Shown here one piece after another: positions 36,053 through 46,500 of a stretch of DNA of 61,116 nucleotides. Numbering within the stretch: the stretch's first letter is position 1; every line of letters begins with the position of its first letter. The DNA lies in IMG/VR virus record IMGVR_UViG_3300030106_004626, positions 1 through 61,116 of that record, one strand, 5' to 3'. Position numbers and translations under genes: made by a program. The notes under the pieces were generated by a model. The model saw only the letters and a list, made by a program, of their open reading frames with translations. It was not told where the DNA came from and ran no database searches. Source of the stretch: a virus. Its lineage: Duplodnaviria; Caudoviricetes.

Positions 36053-37183
36053 TTAGGAGAGGGTGTGCCTCGCCTGAGATGTTGTGACAATACCCGCGTC
36101 TTCACAGGCGTCAACAAATTCTTGAGATATTTTTTTCCGCTCTCCCTTTTCTGCTTTGTCGCCGAGCGTTTTAGCTATTTTTGCTAGTGGCAAATTAACT
36201 GCCTCAATAACTTCTTCTGCGCCCATCCCAAACTGTTCGGCGATTTCTAACAGTTTAATGTTATCCTCCACTTTCTTTGTGGTCCCCATATTTTTAAGGC
36301 GTAAGCTAGGAAACTCAGTCCCATTTTTTGCCATGGCTACGGCGCGTTTCTTTAGTCTGTCGGCCCAGTTAGAAACCATCTTCGCGATTACCCATAACTG
36401 TTCAATTACTTCGGGGTCTTCTACTTCATCGAGATCAACGTCTGGTAGATCCGTATTTATCTTTTTTGCTACTGAAACCACTACCCCGCCTAAAGCTGGA
36501 CAAGCGTCTTCGTGACGGCAGAACCGGCAATTAACTGTAGGTGTAAGGTCAGCAAGTTCTGGGGTTCCGTTTTCCCACTTGGGCCTAACAGACTCTCCCC
36601 TCTTAATCACTTCTGTTAGTCTTCTAACAAGAACCGGAATATCTTCTCTTTTAAATGTGTGGAACAAAGTCTCGTTCCTTACAGGAACATAGAACACAAA
36701 CGTAATTTCTTTAATCTCAGGGAACTTTTGAAAAGTCCCAACGGTATACGCTTGGGCTTGCCAGTTCTTTTCTGGTGGATCGATCATGGAGATCCCTGTC
36801 TTGTAGTCGGCCTGAACAGCCGTATCGTCGTTAAAGACAGTGAGTCGATCACAAGTGCCCCAAGTTTCTGTTCCTTCTAACTCGACAGTCAACTGAATCT
36901 CTTTGAAATCTTCTTTTAACACCCTCTTGCTTTGCGCGTAGTTAGCAAGAAATGCTTTTTCCTCTTCCATGATTTGCTCATAGATTGAAATTTCTTCTTC
37001 GCTTTGAAGGTTAGAAGAGTCTTCGACTTCCAACGCTTCGTGTATCCTTGTGCCTTTTTCAGCAGCAGCGTTTGTTCCGCTTCTTCCGTGAAACCCAGCA
37101 CAGCCCGCTATATACTTCAGGGCGGAAGGAGAAAATTCAGCGTGGTCTCTATCTGAGTGAGAATCGGGCATAGCCTCGATCAT
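36053..37183 (-). CDS. Cas4-like/DUF2800 PD-(D/E)XK exonuclease
   Basis: SPS...C, GTRIH, GTCD, DYKTG, CRFC...CP. Confidence 0.8.
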   Translation of the reverse strand: MIEAMPDSHSDRDHAEFSPSALKYIAGCAGFHGRSGTNAAAEKGTRIHEALEVEDSSNLQSEEEISIYEQIMEEEKAFLANYAQSKRVLKEDFKEIQLTVELEGTETWGTCDRLTVFNDDTAVQADYKTGISMIDPPEKNWQAQAYTVGTFQKFPEIKEITFVFYVPVRNETLFHTFKREDIPVLVRRLTEVIKRGESVRPKWENGTPELADLTPTVNCRFCRHEDACPALGGVVVSVAKKINTDLPDVDLDEVEDPEVIEQLWVIAKMVSNWADRLKKRAVAMAKNGTEFPSLRLKNMGTTKKVEDNIKLLEIAEQFGMGAEEVIEAVNLPLAKIAKTLGDKAEKGERKKISQEFVDACEDAGIVTTSQARHTLS

Positions 37184-37671
37184 ACATCCTTAGACCGCTC
37201 TGTCAAAATATATTTAGCAATTAAATACGCATCAACCATCCCGTCGTGTGGAGTGCGGCAACGCTTGTTTTTTAGCCAGTTTTCTGCGGGGGCAAGTCGC
37301 TCCGCTACGTTTAGAGCTGCAACTTTAGACATTCCTTTTGGCACGTTACCCAACATTTTCTTCTGCCACTTGTGGACCGAAACTCTAACAAGATCGTAAT
37401 CTTTTACTTCTGCTATTCCTACGATTTTGCCAAAACTTAATGCCATTGAGCGAACTGCCTGTGAACTCTTTGCGTGAGCGAGGGGTTCTTCTACAGCTAA
37501 CGTAAACGGCGTGTGCAGGTTTATTAACCACTCATTGATTTTACGCGCATCAACTTCACGCTTTTTACTCCTCTGCATTGTAGGCATCGGGATTTTATCA
37601 ACCACCCCACCGTCAAAGTCTGAAATTGCACAAAGCCCCCCGTCTAGTCCGTTGTCTACGCCGATTATCAT
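37180..37671 (-). CDS. RuvC-like Holliday junction resolvase
   Basis: IIGVDNG, VEE, W-K and DGMVDA motifs. Confidence 0.8.
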   Translation of the reverse strand: MIIGVDNGLDGGLCAISDFDGGVVDKIPMPTMQRSKKREVDARKINEWLINLHTPFTLAVEEPLAHAKSSQAVRSMALSFGKIVGIAEVKDYDLVRVSVHKWQKKMLGNVPKGMSKVAALNVAERLAPAENWLKNKRCRTPHDGMVDAYLIAKYILTERSKDV

Positions 37672-37916
37672 TGTGCATATTCTTTTAAACACGGAGGAGA
37701 AAGGATCAGTCCATTGCCTGAATCAGGAGTGAACACCGTAATGTTTTTAGCTAGTCCTTGAATAAAAAAAACTTCCTTTGCAGTATTAGGAATCACGCGA
37801 AAAAAAACCCCAACTAATTTTCTTTTGGTAAACGCAAAGTCATTTTTGTGCGGATAGTCTTCACGAATTAAAACAGTAGGATTAGTTTCCACTTCTCTTT
37901 GCTTAAAGAGTTTCAT
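37668..37916 (-). CDS. hypothetical protein
   Basis: 82 aa, translationally coupled. Confidence 0.6.
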   Translation of the reverse strand: MKLFKQREVETNPTVLIREDYPHKNDFAFTKRKLVGVFFRVIPNTAKEVFFIQGLAKNITVFTPDSGNGLILSPPCLKEYAQ

Positions 37917-38281
37917 CCTTCAAGGGCGGTAGAATCAAGAAAACACGGGGTATGCGGTCCTAAGTCACACGACTTTAGTTGATCTAAGGCCAGCTCAATT
38001 TCTTCTTCGTTAAGGCCATGTTCTTTTTTGAGGATTATGCGGGTTCCCGCGAGGGAATAACATGCGACAGTAGGATTGCGCGGATGTTCTATAACTCCTA
38101 CATACGCCTCTTTTAGTTCGCTAAACAACATGATCCCGTTTTTCTTTTCTTTGTTGTCGGGTTCTTCAATAAACGAAGTCCAACAAGTTGGGTCATTTTG
38201 CCTGTAAAAATACGGGTCGTCTGATGGCTCATATTTTGCTCCTTCAAATTCAGGAGCGCCGGAATCAAGGTTAAAAATCAT
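37913..38281 (-). CDS. hypothetical protein
   Basis: 122 aa, translationally coupled. Confidence 0.6.
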   Translation of the reverse strand: MIFNLDSGAPEFEGAKYEPSDDPYFYRQNDPTCWTSFIEEPDNKEKKNGIMLFSELKEAYVGVIEHPRNPTVACYSLAGTRIILKKEHGLNEEEIELALDQLKSCDLGPHTPCFLDSTALEG

Positions 38282-38880
38282 TAGTCTAAATCAATAATCG
38301 GTTTAACTGCTCCGCCCCCTCGGTCAGCTTTGGTATTATTAAGGATAGAAATATCAATTTGCATTTTACCACTCCCTCCTGACTTGGCGTTAAGGCCAAG
38401 ATTTCGGCGTATGAATTGGTCAAGTTCAGAAAGTTCACGGACAGTTTTAGCTGGGCGTAAGTTCTTTACACTGTCGCGCATAAGTTTAATGCCCGTAGCC
38501 GCAGCGTAGTGCTGATATTTATCAGCGGGGCTTGATTGACTTTCTGCTATTTCTAGAATTGCTGCGTCTTCTTCTTTGCGGGCGTCGTGGCTCGCTCGAA
38601 GAATTGCTTCGTCTGTAGTAGCCTCTAGTTGATGGTCTATTGCGTCAGCCAGTTCATCAACAGGTGTTTCTTCTGGAACCTCTTCTCGTGGGTGTAGCCC
38701 ATTCTTTTTAGCGGGGATACCCATTTTTTTGAACCAACGACGAACTGTGCCGGGGTGAACTCCAAGCTCTCTAGCAATAGAGACTGTCTTCCAGTCTGCT
38801 TTATACAACGTCAAGGCTCTTTGTTGGAGGCTATTTTCTTTAGGTTTGTCAGACACTTTGTTGGGGCGTAATCTACGCAT
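38281..38880 (-). CDS. HTH protein, putative terminase small subunit
   Basis: SIARELGVHPGTVRRW helix-turn-helix; alternative start GTG at 38856. Confidence 0.55.
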   Translation of the reverse strand: MRRLRPNKVSDKPKENSLQQRALTLYKADWKTVSIARELGVHPGTVRRWFKKMGIPAKKNGLHPREEVPEETPVDELADAIDHQLEATTDEAILRASHDARKEEDAAILEIAESQSSPADKYQHYAAATGIKLMRDSVKNLRPAKTVRELSELDQFIRRNLGLNAKSGGSGKMQIDISILNNTKADRGGGAVKPIIDLD

Positions 38881-38886
38881 CTGATT

Positions 38887-40674
38887 ATGGCGGTAAGCAA
38901 TCCTTCCATCAAGCAGATACTCGAACCACGAATCGACGGTAAAACAAAACGCATGGATGTAGGGGGATTGTTAATCCCACCGACCAGTCTTATCACCGCT
39001 TTGTTGTATGGTTTTGCAAACCACGAACACTTGCGTGCAAAAGAATATTATTTTTGGCGCGTCTGCGATGAGCTGTGGAACCATGATGATCTTCCTGAAA
39101 AGTTAATGATCCGACATCCGTGGGCAGAACACATGGTATGGGCAGCTTTGAATAATAAGTATCTGGCTATCGGAGGGTCTGCATCTTCTGGCAAGTCACA
39201 TACAATGGCCGCTTGGGGGATAATTAACTGGCTTTCTAAGCCCAAGGATACGCTTGTTCTTATGACATCAACCACGTTACGCGAGGCTCGCAAGAGGATC
39301 TGGGGGTCGGTTATGTCTTTATTATCCGTAATCGACGGAGCGCCGATCAAGATCCGCGACTCGATCGGTAATGCTGCCTACATCGATGAAAAAGGAACGC
39401 TTATTGAACGAGCGGGGATTTCACTCATTGCTGCGGAAAAGTCAAAGACACGCGAGGCCGTAGGTAAGTTTATTGGTATTAAACAAAAAAGAGTAATCCT
39501 GATCGGGGATGAGCTTTCTGAACTGTCAGAGGCTATTTTGCAAGCAGGGTTGTCTAACTTATCTAAGAACCCTGAGTTCCAGCTAATTGGAATGTCGAAC
39601 CCCAATAGCAGATTTGATGCCTTTGGAGTATGGTCGGAGCCGATTAATGGGTGGGACTCAGTTGACACCAGTATGGAAGATGGATGGCCGACCAAATGGG
39701 GCGGCGATTATATCCGGTTAGACGGAGAACGCTCTCCCAACATAATTGCGGGAGAGGTTCTTTATCCTTGGCTACCTACTCAGGAAAAGATTGACGAGGA
39801 TAAGGGGCTACTCGGCCCCGAGTCTCGTGGTTATATGCGGATGATTCGCGCTATCTTTTTTGACTCGGACGAAACGACAGGAATCTATGGCGAGAACGAA
39901 CTAGCCATGTCAAAAGCGATGAACAAAGTTGAGTGGCAAGGTTCTCCCGTCAGAGTAGCTGGGGTTGACCCTGCTTTTACAAACGGGGGAGACCGGACAA
40001 TTCTTTATACTGCTTCAGTGGGATACGATACTACGGGCCAATACGTCATTGAGTTTGGAGAAGCAATCCACTTGAATGACGACGCTACTAACAAGGCGGT
40101 TCCTCGGACTTATCAGATTGTTAAACAGATTAAAGACCACTGTGAAAAACGACATATTTTACCTGAGAATGTTGCCGTTGATGCCACTGGTGCAGGGGCA
40201 CCTTTTTGCGATGTGTTATCTGGAGAATGGGGGAGCGGGTTTTTGCGGGTTGGGTTTGGTGGAAAAGCCAGCGACAAGCGGGTAAGCGCGAACAGTCGGT
40301 CGGTAGGCACGGAGTTGTATGTGAACAGAGTTTCTGAGCTTTGGTTTGTCGGGAAAGAATTGATGAGAACCCGTCAAGTATTTGGAGTCAGCACTGATCT
40401 GGCTCAAGAGATAACTAGCCGAAATTATGACATGGTAAAAAGCGGAACTTTGCGGGTAAAAATCGAGTCAAAACCTGAATTTAAGTCTCGTTTCGGACGC
40501 AGCCCTGACCTTGCTGATGCCGCTTTTTTGGCATTAGATTGTGCCCGACAACGGCTTGGTCTTGTAGCGGTTGATCCCCCTGAAGAAAGAAAGGATGGTC
40601 GCCCCCACCGTCGGACTACAATTAAGCAGTTGGGACAAGCATTACAGAACCAAGATGCGGTTTTGCTGGATTGA
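38887..40674 (+). CDS. terL: terminase large subunit
   Basis: GSASSGKS, IGDE, SNP, GVDPA, VDATG and SPDLADA motifs. Confidence 0.92.
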   Translation: MAVSNPSIKQILEPRIDGKTKRMDVGGLLIPPTSLITALLYGFANHEHLRAKEYYFWRVCDELWNHDDLPEKLMIRHPWAEHMVWAALNNKYLAIGGSASSGKSHTMAAWGIINWLSKPKDTLVLMTSTTLREARKRIWGSVMSLLSVIDGAPIKIRDSIGNAAYIDEKGTLIERAGISLIAAEKSKTREAVGKFIGIKQKRVILIGDELSELSEAILQAGLSNLSKNPEFQLIGMSNPNSRFDAFGVWSEPINGWDSVDTSMEDGWPTKWGGDYIRLDGERSPNIIAGEVLYPWLPTQEKIDEDKGLLGPESRGYMRMIRAIFFDSDETTGIYGENELAMSKAMNKVEWQGSPVRVAGVDPAFTNGGDRTILYTASVGYDTTGQYVIEFGEAIHLNDDATNKAVPRTYQIVKQIKDHCEKRHILPENVAVDATGAGAPFCDVLSGEWGSGFLRVGFGGKASDKRVSANSRSVGTELYVNRVSELWFVGKELMRTRQVFGVSTDLAQEITSRNYDMVKSGTLRVKIESKPEFKSRFGRSPDLADAAFLALDCARQRLGLVAVDPPEERKDGRPHRRTTIKQLGQALQNQDAVLLD

Positions 40675-40723
40675 CACTTTACCGCTTAACTAATATTCTT
40701 ATCCCGCACTTTAGTCGTTTTGT

Positions 40724-41176
40724 ATGTCTGAATTTAAATTTTTTGGTCCCCTTGATCCGTTTACGGGCAAGCCAGTAACGCAAGCCGATATTGACGCACA
40801 GGTCGCCAGTTATGGTCAAGACATGACCGATCCGTTTACGGGCAAGCCAGTAACGCAAGCCGATATTGACGCACAAGTTGCCAGTTATGGTCAAGATGAT
40901 GAAGAAGATGATGACCCTTTTGTTGAGGAGCCTGATTCACGTAGAACGCTTCAACAGACACAAATGGTAAATCCTGATAGGCAAGCTGCACTGAGAGACG
41001 CAAAAAAAAGATCCAACATCGAAAAATCAGAACCAAAATCAGGTCTTAGTGCCGGAGACGATGGCAGGGGGCTTCAAACTGGTGGTGTGGGGGATTCAAC
41101 TCTTCCTAGCACATCCCCAATGGCTCCATACCGTGGTCTAGGCCGCAATCCGAATACACAGTTCAAGGAAAAATAA
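40724..41176 (+). CDS. hypothetical protein with 25-aa tandem duplication
   Basis: Promoter TTGACA-17-TATTCT; 75-nt period repeat at 40754/40829. Confidence 0.65.
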   Translation: MSEFKFFGPLDPFTGKPVTQADIDAQVASYGQDMTDPFTGKPVTQADIDAQVASYGQDDEEDDDPFVEEPDSRRTLQQTQMVNPDRQAALRDAKKRSNIEKSEPKSGLSAGDDGRGLQTGGVGDSTLPSTSPMAPYRGLGRNPNTQFKEK

Positions 41177-41182
41177 TAAGTT

Positions 41183-42526
41183 ATGGCCGCAAAGAAAAAA
41201 GCGCCAAAAGGACGGGTCTACGCGGATAGCCCACAAAACAGAAATTTTAAAGGGGCGGGCGGAAAAATATACAATCGAGTAGGTAAACCGCACGGCTCCA
41301 AGCCATCTACGTGGCCGGAGGTAAAGAAGCCTACTGCTGCGAAGCCTACCCCTGCTGGTGGTTTGGGACGGGGTTACGGCGGCACTAAAAAACCTAAGGC
41401 CACTACGTCAAAGCCTATCCCTGCTGGTGGTTTGGGACGCGGTTACGGGGGCACTCGAACACCGAAAGAAAAAGCAAAGGTTATTAAAGAAGCGGGGCGG
41501 GCAAAAAAACTGGGGAGCGTTTTGAAAAAAGCTCCGTATGCCCAAGCATTGATTCAGGGAATCTCGGGGATAAGGCAAGCAACTAGCGAAGAAGCCCGCA
41601 AAAAGGCGTTGCAACAATACGGTGAAGATCTTGGGCTTGCTGGTAACGTAGGCCGTGCGCTTGCAGGTGGCTTTCTTGACCCTGCACGGGCAACGTCTGC
41701 TGTAGTGCAGGGACTCGCAGAATTAGGGAGGGGACCAGAAGAAATGAATCTCCGAACAAAAGAAGAAATAATAGCTACTATGGCCCCCGAGGATTTAGCG
41801 CGGCGAAAAGCGATGCTCGCTGCTTTTAAATCTCGTAAAGCTGCTAAAACCTCAGAAGCCCCTGAAGCTCCTGAAGCTCCTGAAGCCCCTGAAGTTGTTG
41901 AAGCTCCCGAAGTTTCTCAAGAACCTTTGACTGGAAGAACCTTGGCGCGGGCCATGCGGGTTTCTTTTGAACAGCTACAAAATGATCCTAAAGCTCTTCG
42001 CGCAAGTATGTCTGGTTTGAGGCAAGCTGCTATTGACGCGGGGATCGCGGATGCAGACAAGTTTAACCGCGTAGGCCGCAAGATGTATGCGGACTTTAAA
42101 AGACAGCAAAAAGCCGCCCCTACCGTAGACCCACGGTCCCCTGAAGCGAGTGCCTATGTAAAGACGCCGGGACTTGATGCCCTCGCAGAAATGCAAAAGC
42201 GAGAGTTTGGGACCAGCACGGCGCTTCGTGGTTCTGTAGGCGGTTTAAAAGATCCTTCTCGCAGACTTGGAACGAGGGCCGGAGACGCTAGACGACGAGC
42301 ACGGGAACTTGAAAGAAGAGGCTACCGAAAAGAAGCAGGGGCGTTACGCGCAGCCGCTGCTGCTAGTGGAGAGCCACGTTTACAGACGCAAGCCTATCGT
42401 GAAGCTGTTCGCGCTGAAGAGGAAGAAGCTCGTAGAAAAGCTGCGGCAAAAAGAGCAGAGGACGCTAGGCGAAAAGAAGATGCGGCTATAGGGCGTCAAT
42501 TTACAGATCAAATGGATCAGACTTAA
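41183..42526 (+). CDS. putative internal virion protein
   Basis: 447 aa, basic, Ala/Gly-rich, helical. Confidence 0.55.
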   Translation: MAAKKKAPKGRVYADSPQNRNFKGAGGKIYNRVGKPHGSKPSTWPEVKKPTAAKPTPAGGLGRGYGGTKKPKATTSKPIPAGGLGRGYGGTRTPKEKAKVIKEAGRAKKLGSVLKKAPYAQALIQGISGIRQATSEEARKKALQQYGEDLGLAGNVGRALAGGFLDPARATSAVVQGLAELGRGPEEMNLRTKEEIIATMAPEDLARRKAMLAAFKSRKAAKTSEAPEAPEAPEAPEVVEAPEVSQEPLTGRTLARAMRVSFEQLQNDPKALRASMSGLRQAAIDAGIADADKFNRVGRKMYADFKRQQKAAPTVDPRSPEASAYVKTPGLDALAEMQKREFGTSTALRGSVGGLKDPSRRLGTRAGDARRRARELERRGYRKEAGALRAAAAASGEPRLQTQAYREAVRAEEEEARRKAAAKRAEDARRKEDAAIGRQFTDQMDQT

Positions 42527-42537
42527 CGAACGTATAA

Positions 42538-43506
42538 ATGGCTGAGTTTTCTTACAGTGACGACATCGCCCCGCTCAAGGGCGACTTTTTTGGAATGAGA
42601 CCGCTCTCACAACGGGAGAGTGATTATTTGATGGCCCGCCAACGAAATACGCGGGCTGAAGAACGAAAAGAAGAAATTGCAGAATTAAATTATCAACGTG
42701 CTGTGCTTGCTTTTGACAGTGCGCGTGAAGAAAGTGCGCGTCAAAAACAAGAAGCAGATTATTTAGGGCAAGTATCAGCTAATCTTTCTCAGATTGCTAA
42801 GTCAAATATGTCTTCTTTCGATAAGGTGCGGAGTATAAACGACACCCGTGTCAGTTTGTTTGCCGACAAGCCTATGCTGGCAAAAAGCGCAATGACAAAT
42901 AGTTTGTTTAGTTCTGCATTGTCTTCAGTGCAAGCTCAAGACTCTCAAGATAATCGTTATCTGCCGCAGATACAGACACTCGCTCAACTTGGAGACGCGG
43001 AAGCTGCAAAGCGCATGGCCAATGTTGATGGCCTAGTTACTGAGCAAGAAGAAGGAATGATTGAAATAGCGGAAGCGCAAGCCAGAGCTAAACAACAACA
43101 AACTAGATCTCAATACGGAGCTAAACAGATACAGAGTCAAACTGCGGCTTTAAAATCTGACATTACACTTGTAAGAAATTTTGGCGACGAAACAGCTTAT
43201 ATGCCTGACTCTGATGGAGGAGACGACGACGGGGTTAGTGTCGCCTCTCAGCTCGTTCTGAAGGACGACGAAAAACAACAAATGCGGGGCATCGCCCAAC
43301 GGCAACTTAAAGGGCCTAAATATGAGAAGGTGTTAAATACATATCTCACATTTAAGTTTTATGATGATGCTTCCCGTAAAAATTATCTTATCAATGCCCT
43401 TAGTGAAAAAGCTATCGACTTGCTAGATTCTGTGTACCCAGTAGATTCTGATTCAGCTATTACTGGGTCATCTGAAATAAATGCTGGCACAGGTTTTTTT
43501 AAATAG
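42538..43506 (+). CDS. putative internal virion protein
   Basis: 322 aa helical protein before the giant gene. Confidence 0.55.
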   Translation: MAEFSYSDDIAPLKGDFFGMRPLSQRESDYLMARQRNTRAEERKEEIAELNYQRAVLAFDSAREESARQKQEADYLGQVSANLSQIAKSNMSSFDKVRSINDTRVSLFADKPMLAKSAMTNSLFSSALSSVQAQDSQDNRYLPQIQTLAQLGDAEAAKRMANVDGLVTEQEEGMIEIAEAQARAKQQQTRSQYGAKQIQSQTAALKSDITLVRNFGDETAYMPDSDGGDDDGVSVASQLVLKDDEKQQMRGIAQRQLKGPKYEKVLNTYLTFKFYDDASRKNYLINALSEKAIDLLDSVYPVDSDSAITGSSEINAGTGFFK

Positions 43507-43541
43507 TTCTCTAAATAACTACATATCCCATCGCATCTGCT

Positions 43542-46500
43542 ATGTCAGAGCAAACTGATACCCAACCCACTGTCAATCCGTTAGGATTCTCCGAATGGTC
43601 ATCTGAAAATAATTTTAATGACCCACTTGAAAGTAGAGTAAAATACGGAGATTATCTGCGAGAGCAGTATATTAACGCCGAGGCGTATAATCCTACAGTA
43701 GAACAAGAAATCTCTACGGCGTTTGCACAGTCTTTGCAACAAGAAGGGTTGCTGACAGAAGAAAATGTTGGTGATGTAGAACAAAGGATATCAGCCATTC
43801 AAGGTAGCGTTTCTCTTGATCAAGAAGCTCGCAATATGCGCGACTCTTTGTCGTCTACCGAAGACGCACAGACCTTGTCGGACTACTTGTCTGCCGCAGA
43901 CGTAGACGCCCCGTCGCCAGAATACTTGGAAGAATTACAGCCTCTCAAGAGCAAGGCGACGGAGATTGTAAACAACGAAAAGGATGCGCGGGCGCGGGCA
44001 ATGATAGACGCGGGTGAAATCCCCATGGCTAAACTGTCTTCTGGAGAGCTTTTAGTGGGCGAGGCGGCAGAAAGAATGGGGATCGTTGCCGCAATCAAAT
44101 CTTCTAAATCGGGCGGGGTTACTATGTCCGATGCTATAGCGGCTAAAGCGCAACTGAATACTCCTGATGGGTGGGAGATTCCGCTGTATAAAATTAAAAA
44201 CTTAACAGATATTTATCGTCTACTTGAAGTAGAGCAAAAAGCAGACGAAGACTTTTCTCTTATTATAGACGGGCTCTCAACAGAGCTTGCGGAGTCTGAA
44301 TATGACGCCGGAGACCGTATGGAAAAATGGCTCGATGGTTTGGGCCGTTCTGGAGTTAATTTTATCAGACGGATTTCAGGTAAAGGCGAGGATGTTGACA
44401 AAGAGAACGCTCGCCGCAGAGCAATAGAAGAAGCTAGAGGAACTAACATCAGGCAACTTGCTGCAAAGTATGCGCTAAAGTTTGATAAACGACCTGAAGA
44501 TGTCGAGAGGGCTCTCAAACAGTTGTCTGTTGATAATGCGAACAAAAAACAAATGTTTGAGTTCCATGATGAAGATGACGAGATCGGTAAAAACATTAGG
44601 TTTTTAGGATTCGGCCTTCCTTCGGTTTCACCGCAAGCGTTGGTAAACAAAGACGTTTTTGACAAGGCTATCGCTGCCCACCCCGACATGAGCCAGAATG
44701 TTAAAGACGCTCTGGACCGGCAACGGGTCAATTACCTTCAATCGCAGTTTGTAGATTACAACAAACTACTTTCTCAAACCAGTGTTGCGGATGAATGGAG
44801 CAAAGCCTTAATCACAGGCAGGGCATCGGGTGTTGAAGACTACCGGATTCTTGAAGCCTTTGTTGCTGATGAGGATAACTACAATGAGTTTAAAGAGCGG
44901 TTGTCTGGGCTAGGAGCATCCGTGTGGCACGGATTTGGTCAAATAATCCATGCGATTCCTGCTGGTTTTGGATTGCAGATGTCAAAAGATTACTTGGCTT
45001 CAGTGGCCCAGAAGAACTCAAACCGCCGACAACTGGCCGAAGTGTTTGGTGAGGAGTTTGGATTTTTGCAAGACGTTGGGGAAACTGCCTTTCCTATGCT
45101 CATAGATGTGGGGCTTACTGCCTTGCTCGCAGCGGGAACGGCTCCTTTGGGAGGCTCTGGTGCTGTAGCTTATGCTTCTATGAAAGCGGGGGGCCGCGCT
45201 TCGGCCTCCTTAGCAGGTAAGGGAGTTACAAAAGCGTTATTTTCTAATGTCTTCAGAAGAAAAGCGGGGAAGAGCATTACCGAACAGGCCGACGAACTTC
45301 TTGGCGAAGGGTTGATTAAAGGAACTAGATCTGGCGCGGTTGATATCCTTAAAAACTATAACGGAAAACTAGCGTCTAAACTTGGTATCGCCCCCGCTGT
45401 TTTTGTCCCAGCAGCTACTAGGTCGGGATCAGCAACTTATGGTGCGGTGTATAACCAGTTACGGCAAAACCCTGACATAACTGAAGAAGAGGCCCACGAC
45501 AGGGCGCTTGGTTCCATGCTTTTGGCCGGAACTTTTACAGGTATTATTACCTCCTCATTTTCTCTTATTGGAAAAGGAGGTCTTGAAGACGCCTTGTTAA
45601 AGGGACTGACCTACAAGCAGATGAATACGGTTGCTAAAAGTGTAACCAACATGGTTGAAGGAGACCTATTCGAGACGGCTCAAAAAGCCATCTCTACCAC
45701 CATGAAAAAATATGCTTTCGGTGGGGTAAAAGGACTAATGAAAAACTTTGCAGATGAAGGCGTCGAGGAGGGCATCGATGAGTTTGTCAATGGGCTAATA
45801 ACTGATGCTGCCCTGAATGAAAACACACCGTTTTTAGAACGGCTGCAACAAACATGGCATGCTGTTGTTTTGGGCGGCACAATGGGGGCGGGTGTCCCCG
45901 TAGCCCAATTTGCTCTACGCCCGCTAAAACCGGCGGCAACAAGTAGTGCTCAAATGGGGGCGATGTTTGATGAAGTTTTAACAGATATGGCGCGTGATCT
46001 TACTGACAACGGAGCGCCTATAACCGCAGAAGTGCTTTCTGCAATAGCATCAGACACACGAAGAAAAGACGCAAGGTTGTCAGTAGTTCCTACGCCGCAA
46101 GAACAAGAAGACATTCTCGAAGAACAAAGAACACGAACGCTTGTCCCTCAAGATAGCGGTGTCCCTCTTGCATCAGGTATTACTTCTGACGAGAAGTTTA
46201 GCCAAGAACTAGAAACGTCAGTTAACCCTGACTCGGTCGCCGAAGCTGTAGCCGAGACATTAGCAAGTAGCACCCCAGTTGTGTCTGGGGCAGACCCTAA
46301 TACGGTTGAAACTAAAGGTAGCCTGATGCGGTCGTTAGGGATGCAGGTTCGAGAAGCAAGTTCAGTTGAAAACACAGACCATCAGTCTGTTCGTGATCTT
46401 CTTGTTCCCCCTGTTGCAGGTACAGAACCTGATTATTTTGAAGGCGCTCGTCCGCTTGCGCGTCAACTGGTGTTAGACCCATCTCGTCAAAGTGAGGCTG

